Made by a program: the position numbers and the translations under genes
In this document: one piece after another, positions 21,476-30,227 of the stretch
Numbering within the stretch: the first letter of the stretch is position 1
Layout of the letters: every line of letters starts with the position of its first letter
NCBI GenBank assembly: GCA_963762565.1
Contig: CAVXLD010000012.1
Span: 320,001-384,000 of the forward strand
Source of the DNA: an uncultured Verrucomicrobiae bacterium
GTDB taxonomy: Bacteria; Verrucomicrobiota; Verrucomicrobiia; Chthoniobacterales; JAFAMB01
Direction: 5' to 3'
DNA: 64,000 nt
The notes under the pieces: model-generated
What the model was told of the DNA's origin: nothing
Databases searched by the model: none
Seen by the model: the letters and a program-made list of their open reading frames with translations, nothing else

Positions 21476-21705
21476 AAGGACCTTTCGAAAACTACTCTCC
21501 TCGTCTGCCTGAACCGTGATTCAAGCACGAGGTATGCTTGTATTTCTTACTCTTGTTTAGACGGAGTCTTGCCAAACCTTATTCGTTTCGGGTACCTAAG
21601 GTGGTCTCACCCAGCGACTTTGAGGCGACGAGTTGCGCCTCCGCTGCGAGATTATTTGAGCCGTCCGCGGAGTAGCGCCATTGTCCTTTTCCACCTGATT
21701 TTCAC

Positions 21706-22323
21706 ATGAATAAGAAGACCGCTGGGCTCTATCTTCTGTTAATGTTGCAGCTCTTGGCTGGTGCGTACGGACAGACAACGGTTCCCGCAACCAGTCCCAA
21801 AGCGATTTCGCCTTCGCCTCAATCGACAGCAGCTGGACCTGTCGTCAAAATCAAGATTGTGGTCGGCTGCGATGAGGCCGCGATCCGCACCTTGGTTGAA
21901 AACTCGCTTCGGACTGCATTGTCCAAGTCGAAGGATGTCACCGTGCTAAGCGGCCCAGGGAGTGCCGCGCTCATCATTGGGGTAAAACTGGTCCCGGTGA
22001 CCGGCGTCCAACCCAAGTCTCCGCTGTACGCCATGGAACTATCGCTGTTCGATACACCGGCACTCTTTAGGGCATTAGAAACCGCCGGACTAAGTCGCCA
22101 GGTCATTCACACTTTACTGGTAGCCAACGAGGTCCAGCCGATCCGGGAACAGAACACTTTGTTGGTCGTGTCCAAGGACGAGATACCCGCCAAGATTCAG
22201 AGTTTCGTTCCGGACATTGAAACGCATGGCGTGCAAAGAGCACGCATGGCCATGACTTTGAATCAACAACGAAAGCCAGGCGCGCAGTTGGATACTAACT
22301 CGGTTCGGGAGGATACGCAGTAG
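21706..22323 (+). CDS. Hypothetical secreted protein
   Basis: MNKK + hydrophobic signal peptide; 205 aa. Confidence 0.7.
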   Translation: MNKKTAGLYLLLMLQLLAGAYGQTTVPATSPKAISPSPQSTAAGPVVKIKIVVGCDEAAIRTLVENSLRTALSKSKDVTVLSGPGSAALIIGVKLVPVTGVQPKSPLYAMELSLFDTPALFRALETAGLSRQVIHTLLVANEVQPIREQNTLLVVSKDEIPAKIQSFVPDIETHGVQRARMAMTLNQQRKPGAQLDTNSVREDTQ

Positions 22324-22674
22324 TGCGGGCTTCGCGTGAGAAGTGGAAAACCGTGGAGCGCTGCCTCGCCTGCGAGGCCGTGGTGAACAAGGAGAGATCA
22401 TAAACAGTGGCTCTGTTCTCTGCTGCGCTCTATGGTCTAGCTGGTAGGATCCTGGAAAGCCGAGATAGAAGAATCTCGTCGGGCACCATTCTAAGTCTTC
22501 AACAGGCGCGTTACAGAGCGTAGACAAAGGACCCACACTTAACGATCGTCGCCTTGCTTACCACGGCCTCGCAAGCGAGGCAGCGCTCCACGATTCGCTA
22601 TTCGAACCAAGACCGCTATCCAGCAAATACGACCGCTGCACGCTGTCGGCGCGAATATTTGGGACTGCCCAGAT

Positions 22675-23139
22675 ATGACGCTACTAATCATTGCCGAAGC
22701 TCCAGAGCTAGAATTTTCCGTGCTTGGAACAAACACGATCACTAGCTCGGATGACGAAGGCCTCGTTTTCTATGACGAAGTTAGCAAAGTGCAAGTGCTA
22801 CCTGATGAACGAAAATTCACTATTCAGGTCATTACTCCCGATCTCGAAATCCAAATGGATTTCCCGGACGCCGAGAGTGTTCACGAAGCACTAAAACTTT
22901 TTGAGTTAAAGAAGGTTGCGGAAGTTCACCCCCAGGCGCCTGGCTCTGTCCGCCTGATGCCGGTTGAACTCAGCAGTGGAAACTCGGGAGTGGTTGAACC
23001 GGTGGATGCCGCCCCGTCGACTTGGCCGGAACTCGAGACAGCCACCATCAACCCCGACTCAGAAATTCTACCAGAGCAGGTACCAGCACGTCCGGATCAA
23101 CGTCCAAGCGAGAACCTGCCGGATACGCAAAAGCAGTAG
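22675..23139 (+). CDS. Hypothetical acidic protein
   Basis: 154 aa ATG ORF with protein-like composition. Confidence 0.55.
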   Translation: MTLLIIAEAPELEFSVLGTNTITSSDDEGLVFYDEVSKVQVLPDERKFTIQVITPDLEIQMDFPDAESVHEALKLFELKKVAEVHPQAPGSVRLMPVELSSGNSGVVEPVDAAPSTWPELETATINPDSEILPEQVPARPDQRPSENLPDTQKQ

Positions 23140-23855
23140 AAGCCTCCGCGGGAAGGACAAATAGCAGATCGCAAATAGCAAATAGCAAACAAAGAGTTGG
23201 GCGGTGCAACGCTTTGGGAAGTTTTCTTGGGCACTCGGCTGCGTGCGACTAAACAACCTTTCACTCTGTGGATCACCAACGAAAGAATCTGGCCGTCTCA
23301 ACTCGTCAGCGAACCGGCGAGCTTTATACTACCCCGAGCATTTCTAACCATGACTGGTCCCGACGATGTTGCGGATTCGCTTCCACCTTGGCGTAACAAT
23401 CATTCCCGTTCAGATCAGAAAACACCCTACACTTCCCGCGCTTCAAATCTGTTCTCACGCTATTAGGAATCCGGCGTAACTGTTTCCATCGCCCTTCTTC
23501 TGTTATCCAAGTTTGAGTGGCTTCGATCCAAGTATAGAGAAGAAAATGTGGGTACCCCGATTTCATGACGTCAGTGTCCTCCGGACTAGGTTCGCATTTG
23601 GAATGGGGTAGGGACTTGCGCCTCGGGAGCCTATGCGAGCCGCGTCTTGTAGCGATAAGGGTTCCTCAAAAACCTGTAATACCACAAACCCACAAACCAG
23701 CCTGTTGGCTGGGTTCACCTTGTTCGCTCTCTTGTACCCGTTTCTAGAAACGCGTCTCTTCCAGTTTAAGCTCTGGTCAAAGTCGTCAGGACAAATCAGC
23801 TCCTCGCCTTTTTTGATCTGCCGGGCAGCAACCAGAGTGCGAAATTAAGGGGTTC

Positions 23856-25016
23856 AAAACCGGCCACTTTTCGGAACTGAAGACAGCTCTTGTCGGGTTC
23901 GTAACTGCGAGCCCCGTTGAGTGAAGTCAAGATGTCCAGCACGTGATCTGTAGCCCAGAATCGAGCCGCTCTCGTATGCAACTTCCTGTAGGGAAGGATT
24001 TAACTTGCCATAATAGTAAGAATATCTATAGCTACTATGCGGTCTAGCAAGATGCTTTCGTCTCGGGTACTGGAAAGGGCAATCGCTTCTTTCCATGAAC
24101 TCACCAGACCTCTTCAAGCATCCGCGATCTGAACCAAGCCCTGGGCAGATTCATTCGACAATGGATCTGCCACCCCAACGGCCAAGCACAGGTTTTTCAC
24201 CTTCACTTTGAACCCTAGAAAGAACCAAACTATGAAGAGCAGCATCACCTCAAATTGGAGGCTGCTTTTGCGCGCCTTATCCGCATTCCTTATCGCCATC
24301 GCTGTGCTTTGGGCCATGCCAAGAACCGCCCGCGCACAGCTCTATGTCGCCGAGGGTACGTTCGTGGGCAAATACGACGCTACCACCGGAGCCGCGATTA
24401 GCCAAAGCTTCATCACAGGGCTGAACTTTCCCGTCGGACTCGCGGTGTTGGGCAACAGCCTCTTCGTGGCGAATCTTCTCAACGAAACGGTTGACGCATA
24501 CGACACTACCACCGGAGCCGCGATTAGCCCCAGCCCCTTCATCTCAACAGGGCTGCTCTTTCCCGACTTCCTCGCGGTGCAGGGTAACACCCTCTTCGTG
24601 GCGAGCCCGGGCTTTAACAGGGTTGGCACATACGACGCTACCACCGGAGCCGCGATTAACGCCACCTTCATCACAGGGCTGTTCAATAATAACGGCGTCA
24701 CCGGACTCGCGTTGAGGGGCAACACCCTCTTCGTGCCGAACTACAACACTGGCACGGTTGGCGAATACGACGCTACCACCGGAGCGGCGATTAACGTTCC
24801 CTTCATCACAGGGCTGAACGCACCCGTCGGACTCGCGGTGTTGGGCAACAGCCTCTTCGTGGCGAACTCTGGCAGCGGGACGGTTGGCGAATACCACGCC
24901 AAAACCGGAGCCGCGATTAACGCCAGCTTCATCACAGGGCTGATCGCACCCCAGGGACTCGCCGTCAAGAGCGCAAAATAGCGCTAACAGATCTGAAGGG
25001 AAAAGTGGCCGGTTTT
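23856..25016. mobile_element. Transposase-free cassette bounded by a perfect 17-bp inverted repeat
   Basis: AAAACCGGCCACTTTTC at 23856-23872 and GAAAAGTGGCCGGTTTT at 25000-25016. Confidence 0.55.
24232..24981 (+). CDS. Secreted repeat protein, probable beta-propeller (NHL/YVTN-like)
   Basis: Signal peptide ending ARA-Q; five ~42-aa repeats of VGxYDATTGAAINxxFITGLxxPxGLAVxGNxLFV. Confidence 0.85.
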   Translation: MKSSITSNWRLLLRALSAFLIAIAVLWAMPRTARAQLYVAEGTFVGKYDATTGAAISQSFITGLNFPVGLAVLGNSLFVANLLNETVDAYDTTTGAAISPSPFISTGLLFPDFLAVQGNTLFVASPGFNRVGTYDATTGAAINATFITGLFNNNGVTGLALRGNTLFVPNYNTGTVGEYDATTGAAINVPFITGLNAPVGLAVLGNSLFVANSGSGTVGEYHAKTGAAINASFITGLIAPQGLAVKSAK

Positions 25017-25023
25017 AAGGACA

Positions 25024-25095
25024 AGGCGGGGGCGGGAATCGAACCCGCGAATAGAGGTTTTGCAGACCTCGGCCTTACCACTTGGCTACCCCGCC
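25024..25095 (-). tRNA. tRNA-Cys(GCA), CCA not encoded
   Basis: GGCGGGG acceptor stem, GAGGT-CTGCAAA-ACCTC anticodon arm, GTTCGATTC T-loop, U discriminator. Confidence 0.95.
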
Positions 25096-25323
25096 GGAGA
25101 GAGAATTCCCAGCATCGCCTCTAATTCTCCGGTGTCAACTTCGGGACAAGGAGTTCAGGTTGGGATAGGTCCGAAAATTGCAAGCGTAAAGACCCTTTGA
25201 CCGAGAATCTGAGATCAACTCAATAACGCTGATAGCCGGCTCCTGAACTCCTGCAACTCGACTCTTGAACTCCTGAGGTTGCTATTTGCCATTCCGGGAC
25301 GAGCTTCAGGCGAGTCCCCTGAC

Positions 25324-25497
25324 ATGGCCAAGTTACACGAGTCCGGAAATGTTCGTGTCAAAGACCTCGTCTATCTCGCGGCATGCGGGCTCGTGGCGAT
25401 AGCGATTTATTTGGTTTGGCAGGCGCTGGGCCTTTCGAATTCTCATGTGAAGCCTGGGCACGAAACGGACGCTACCGAGTCGTTGAACGACCATTAG
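25324..25497 (+). CDS. Small single-TM hypothetical protein
   Basis: MAKLHES...LVYLAACGLVAIAIYLVWQ. Confidence 0.4.
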   Translation: MAKLHESGNVRVKDLVYLAACGLVAIAIYLVWQALGLSNSHVKPGHETDATESLNDH

Positions 25498-25501
25498 GGA
25501 G

Positions 25502-25701
25502 TTGGTAGGGCGAGGCTCCGGAATCGCCAAGAATATCGCCCCGAAAGGTCGCTCTTCGTTGGTATTTCACGCGCAACCACCAAGAACCGCCGAGCCGTGG
25601 ACCCTCGGCTCGGCGGCTCTGAGTGGTTGGATTCTTTGGGCTCGGCAACAATTTACCGCCCTGACAACGGTTCTAGGCGATTCCGGAGCCTCGCCCTACC
25701 A
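25502..25701. repeat. Family D ~200-bp element, copy 1
   Basis: Arms and interior homologous to 30005-30216. Confidence 0.85.
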
Positions 25702-25735
25702 TCTCCTTGGACTCCTTGAACTCTTTCTCTTGCGG

Positions 25736-26707
25736 CTACTTCTGCGGCGTTGTCACATCCTCCAGCTGCGAGATGCGATTCCTGTTTATCTCGACCTTAA
25801 GCAGATCGGGTGACCGGCCCTTCTTGAGCGCTTTCCATGCATCCGGAAAATCGCGTTTCATTAGCTCGACGTCATGAAGACCATTCGCGTCGCAGAGCTG
25901 GAGCTTCGCCAACGCTTTGTAAACACGGGTAGTACCAATGGGCCGCGCGAGTCCGGAAGGTTGGCTCTCGGCGGAACGATCCAAGACCAAATAAGAAAAG
26001 GCTACCGTTCGATGATCGATTTCGAGTTGCTTAGCAAACTCGGACCAATCGGCATCCATGAAGGTTTCAGCAGGGGGCCGGGTAAAGAAATGGCACCAAT
26101 GAACCTGGTTTTCGGGCGCCAACATTCTGCAAGGTTGGCGGTGAGTACACGGTGCAATCACTGGCCAATCTAATCGTTCTCGCCAGAACCCGAGTTTCTT
26201 ACTCAACACTGCGCTTCCACCTTCTACCCAGATTAGACTCGATGCCCGATCGACAATTGAAGCGAGCAGTTTCTGCGACCTATCATCGAGCTCACCCAGA
26301 ACATGGCTGAGCAGAAGGCAAAACGATTCGCCTTCAGGTATGCCAGTCTGCACGGAGACTGATGAGAACTGCTCGCGGATGGTTTTTGCTGCATAGCGTT
26401 CGGCGTGCGGGGACAAATCGGCTAAGTATGCGCACTCAAGATTTGGGAAAGCATCGAGGATTTTTCGAGAAGCGATACCCGAACCACAGCCCCAATCTAG
26501 AAACAGCTTTTCTCGCGGTTGCCAGCGTAGCGAACGCAACTGAGAAATTACCGCATCCCATCGCCAGCCGATCCGTATTGCCAGAGTTTGATCGTATAGC
26601 CCTACGGTTTGCTCCGAATCCCAATAACTGGCGCGATTGGGATTAGCGCTTAGAAAAAACTGTCGTAGCTCCCGCAGCTTTTGCCATTGATAGCCAGAAA
26701 GTTTCAT
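25736..26707 (-). CDS. SAM-dependent methyltransferase, Rsm22-like
   Basis: LDWGCGSG, SHVLGEL, IAPCTH..C, WCHF, FSYLVL. Confidence 0.8.
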   Translation of the reverse strand: MKLSGYQWQKLRELRQFFLSANPNRASYWDSEQTVGLYDQTLAIRIGWRWDAVISQLRSLRWQPREKLFLDWGCGSGIASRKILDAFPNLECAYLADLSPHAERYAAKTIREQFSSVSVQTGIPEGESFCLLLSHVLGELDDRSQKLLASIVDRASSLIWVEGGSAVLSKKLGFWRERLDWPVIAPCTHRQPCRMLAPENQVHWCHFFTRPPAETFMDADWSEFAKQLEIDHRTVAFSYLVLDRSAESQPSGLARPIGTTRVYKALAKLQLCDANGLHDVELMKRDFPDAWKALKKGRSPDLLKVEINRNRISQLEDVTTPQK

Positions 26708-27963
26708 TCGGTCATTCGGCTAAGCAGGTTCGCTAAGCGTTGATTCTGAATTCCGAATTTGTGCTGAAAATCGAGTGCTCGATCAACCAGATCGTCCCGC
26801 GGACCGGATTTGCCCGTTCTGGACGCTACGATCAGTAAATTCTTGGCGGTATGTTCGGTCCCGACGAATTCTTGGATCCGGGTTTGATAACCCCATGCCT
26901 CCAGGTAAAGGCATCGCAGCGTATCGGTTACGGTCTCGGTCATTCTATCGACCTGAACGCCGTGCTTGAATAGCGGCTCCAAGCCGGCAGGCGCGGTGAG
27001 TTGGGGCCGGAGTTCGTGTTGGCAACAGGGTGAAACTACGATCCAGCGGCATCCCTCCTTGATCCCGCGGTAGATCGCGTCATCAGTGGCGGTATCGCAC
27101 GCATGCAACGCGATCAAAATGTCGATCGGCGTGACTTCAACATCGTTGATCTCGCCTGGGATAAAACGGATTGCGCTTTCTCCGAGTCGTCCGGCGATCT
27201 CGTTCGCCAACCGCACTAAAGAACTGCGTTTTTCCACTCCGACAGTCTCTGGATGCAAACCGTTTTCTCGAAGGAATTGGTGGAGCGCAAAAGTCAGATA
27301 GCCCTTTCCACAACCCATATCGACGATGTGCAAGGTTTCGCCCGGGGTAGTCCCCTTGAGGATCGGCGCTAATGCTTCGATGAAGTGGTGTACCTGGCGG
27401 TACTTGTCACCCATCTGGGCTTTGGGACGGCCTTGGGGATCAATAACACCCAGCAATTCCAACGCTTGTTCGTCTCGCAACAGACGGACCTTTTCGCGAT
27501 CATGGGATCGATCCGCTGCCGGTACCGGACCAGAGTCATTTTGCGAAAATAAACGCGGTTCTCCGCGCCGGCTGAATACCAATTGCTGCCTGCCCAGGCT
27601 GGTCAGCAACGTTGCCGTCCGGCAACTTGAGCCTAACCAGCTCCTGATCGTCGCAATTCCTTCCGGGATCAGGCAGTTCTTAGTGACATCTTGGTTCGGG
27701 TACCGGTAAACGAACGACAGATGTGGCCCGGTTTTCAGGTCGACGATGCGAACATAGACATGTTGAACGGAGGCAACCTCGTCGCGCTGTAGGACTTCGG
27801 CGAGCTCAGTCGAGCCGCCTGGCGAAGGCGGAACCCTGTCGCGCCGTAGGCCTTGCGAAGGCGGAAGCTCGGTTTGAAATTTCCCCAGAGTCAATTTTTG
27901 GAAAGTCTGGTCATCGATCGAGTCCCTGATTGCCGTGACCAGTTGTTCAACCGGATCCGTCAT
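26704..27963 (-). CDS. SAM-dependent methyltransferase carrying an in-frame repeat insertion
   Basis: VDMGCGKGYLTF, ALHACDTATD, PCCQHEL, EHTAKN. Confidence 0.88.
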   Translation of the reverse strand: MTDPVEQLVTAIRDSIDDQTFQKLTLGKFQTELPPSQGLRRDRVPPSPGGSTELAEVLQRDEVASVQHVYVRIVDLKTGPHLSFVYRYPNQDVTKNCLIPEGIATIRSWLGSSCRTATLLTSLGRQQLVFSRRGEPRLFSQNDSGPVPAADRSHDREKVRLLRDEQALELLGVIDPQGRPKAQMGDKYRQVHHFIEALAPILKGTTPGETLHIVDMGCGKGYLTFALHQFLRENGLHPETVGVEKRSSLVRLANEIAGRLGESAIRFIPGEINDVEVTPIDILIALHACDTATDDAIYRGIKEGCRWIVVSPCCQHELRPQLTAPAGLEPLFKHGVQVDRMTETVTDTLRCLYLEAWGYQTRIQEFVGTEHTAKNLLIVASRTGKSGPRDDLVDRALDFQHKFGIQNQRLANLLSRMTE

Positions 27964-29944
27964 CTTGGACAACCTCCAAAGGGCACTTGGGAAGGGCTTG
28001 CAGAAAGGAGCGACCGTACGCTCTGGTCAAGATCCGGTTATCTAGGATTACCACGATCCCTTTGTCGGAATTTGCCCGGATCAAACGGCCGACACCTTGT
28101 CGCAGCTTCAGGATTGCTTCCGGTAACGAATACTCGGAGAAAGGGTCGCCGCCGTTTGCCTGAATGTGCTCCAATTTTGCTTCGATCAAAGGATGATCGG
28201 GGACTGCGAATGGGAGCCGGGTAATCGTTACATTGGATAGCGCTTCACCCGGCACATCGACACCGGTCCAGAAACTATCCGTTCCGAAGAGGACCCCGTT
28301 GCCGCACCGCTTAAATTCGTCCAGCATTCGTGACCGGGAAAGCCCCTGTCCTTGCACAAAGAAAGTGAAGCGTTCGTGCAACTCCTTTTCCATGCGCTCG
28401 GCCAGTGCGGTCATGGTTCGGTAACTGGTGAACAACACAAATGCTCGTCCTTGAGACAGCTTCAGGAAATACCGGATCCAATGTTCAAGCGCATCTTCGT
28501 AACCTTTGTCGCCGGGTTCGGGCATCTTCTTGACCGCGTAGATCCGCATTTGCCGCTCGAAGTCGAACGGACTTCCAATCTGTACGGCCTGAACCTCAAA
28601 AGCGCCGATTCGGTTCCGAAAATAAGCAAGATCAGGCTGGCCGACCGATAACGTGGCGCTGGTCATCACACAGAGTCGATCTTCTGCGAATAGTAGTCGA
28701 TTTAATATGGCCGAGATATCGACTGGAGCGGCGTTAAGTGAAAGAGATTGGCCGGTCTTACCGGTGCGTTCCACCCAGTAGACATGAGCCTCGGGCTTTT
28801 GCTCGAGAAAATCTGTGACTCCAAATCGAATATCCCGGAGTTTCCGCCCAATATCTTGGAGCTCGTTTTTGAGGATCTCGTCTTCTGTCGCTCGAACCGA
28901 TGAAACCACTGCGGCCTGCACCCGAGCCAGGGCAATTCCGATCGTGTCGGGAACAAGCTCCGGAGTCCGGATTCGGAATTCGCGTCCCTTCCCAAAATCA
29001 CAGCGCGCGTCGACTGCCTGAAAGAATCGATCTACTTGTTCGACGGTTTCTGTCGTCTCCCGAACGGCGTCGCCATCTCGTAAGACCGTGAACAATCCTT
29101 TGCGAGTTTTTGGGTTGTAAAGCCGGTAAAGCAGTTGGCGCAGGCCGTACTGGGATATGCCGAGACCGACCTGTTTGGCGGCAACGGCTTCCAGGGTATG
29201 TGCCTCGTCAAAAATAGCGAAATCGTTGGCGAAGAGATAGCCGTTCGAGCGATTCACCAGGTCGCCTACTGCCTCCAAGTAAAGAAAGAATAAGGTGTGA
29301 TTGATGACGATGATATCGGCAGTGAGCAGTTTCTTGCGGGCTTCCTGGTAAAAACATCGCCCGTCACCGCTACAAGTTTTCGGCGTGCACAGATGCGGTT
29401 CGCTACAGATTTGCAGCCAGAGCTCGGGATCCGGTTCTGCGTCCAACTCGCTCAAGGTACCTTCCTGCGTGGTCTGGGCCCAGGCTTTAATCCGCAACAA
29501 TTCCTCTTGCTGGCCGGACGTGAACAGGTCCGCGCTATTTTGGAGGGCACGCAGCAGACGGTTCGGGCAAAGATAATTTTGCCGGCCCTTCATCAGAGTC
29601 GCCTCGAACGGCCGGTCAATGAGTTTGCGAACCGCAGGGATATCTTTGTTAAGCAATTGTTCCTGAAGATTGATCGTGTGAGTCGACACGATCACTTTGC
29701 GGCGGTTCTCCAGCCCGAAGATCAAAGAGGGGACGAGATACGCCAATGATTTGCCGACCCCGGTCCCGGCCTCAACCACCAGGTGGCGATTCTCTCTCAG
29801 CGCTCGAGCGATCGACTCGGCCATCTGCTGTTGCTCGGGCCGATATTCGAACTTCGGTTGCTGAGACAAGACACCAGTGCGCCCGAACGTCTCCCGGATC
29901 GAGCCCTCAAATTCGTTATCAAAATCTTCCCGTAAAGCGATCAC
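27947..29944 (-). CDS. DinG/YoaA family ATP-dependent helicase
   Basis: EAGTGVGKSLAYL, KGRQNYLC, DEAH, TSATL, SFWTGVDVPG, QGVGRLIR; GTG start trimmed. Confidence 0.92.
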   Translation of the reverse strand: MIALREDFDNEFEGSIRETFGRTGVLSQQPKFEYRPEQQQMAESIARALRENRHLVVEAGTGVGKSLAYLVPSLIFGLENRRKVIVSTHTINLQEQLLNKDIPAVRKLIDRPFEATLMKGRQNYLCPNRLLRALQNSADLFTSGQQEELLRIKAWAQTTQEGTLSELDAEPDPELWLQICSEPHLCTPKTCSGDGRCFYQEARKKLLTADIIVINHTLFFLYLEAVGDLVNRSNGYLFANDFAIFDEAHTLEAVAAKQVGLGISQYGLRQLLYRLYNPKTRKGLFTVLRDGDAVRETTETVEQVDRFFQAVDARCDFGKGREFRIRTPELVPDTIGIALARVQAAVVSSVRATEDEILKNELQDIGRKLRDIRFGVTDFLEQKPEAHVYWVERTGKTGQSLSLNAAPVDISAILNRLLFAEDRLCVMTSATLSVGQPDLAYFRNRIGAFEVQAVQIGSPFDFERQMRIYAVKKMPEPGDKGYEDALEHWIRYFLKLSQGRAFVLFTSYRTMTALAERMEKELHERFTFFVQGQGLSRSRMLDEFKRCGNGVLFGTDSFWTGVDVPGEALSNVTITRLPFAVPDHPLIEAKLEHIQANGGDPFSEYSLPEAILKLRQGVGRLIRANSDKGIVVILDNRILTRAYGRSFLQALPKCPLEVVQDDGSG

Positions 29945-30004
29945 GGCCGGCGAATCCAATCCAAGGGGCAGACCATCGCGTGGAGAGGGGAGGAGTTCAA
30001 GGGG

Positions 30005-30216
30005 TTGGTAGGGCGAGGCTCCGGAATAGCCGAGGAGGATCGCAGCGAAAGATCGCTCTTCGTTGGTATTTCGTATGCAACTACGAAGAACCGCCGAGCC
30101 GCGGATCCGCGCAACCCTCGGCTCGGCCGCTCTCAGTGGTTGCACCCTCTGACCTTCAGCAACAATTTACCGCTCTGGCAACGGTTCTACGCGATTCCGG
30201 AGCCTCCGCCCTACCA
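30005..30216. repeat. Family D ~210-bp element, copy 2
   Basis: Homologous to 25502-25701. Confidence 0.85.
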
Positions 30217-30227
30217 ACTCCTTTAGA

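Noticed and set aside
23324..23566. 80-aa minus-strand ORF near the cassette
   Set aside because: No recognisable motif or supporting signals; cannot be supported
23140..25020. Integrase-type genomic island with an att duplication of tRNA-Cys
   Set aside because: No integrase and no direct repeat of the tRNA 3' end found in the window
29945..30145. N-terminal extensions of dinG (and similarly ureF, ureC and ORF 126-1151) in the ORF track
   Set aside because: They translate intergenic repeats (GASPYQ, FEDEDDDENE peptides); downstream starts fit the families better
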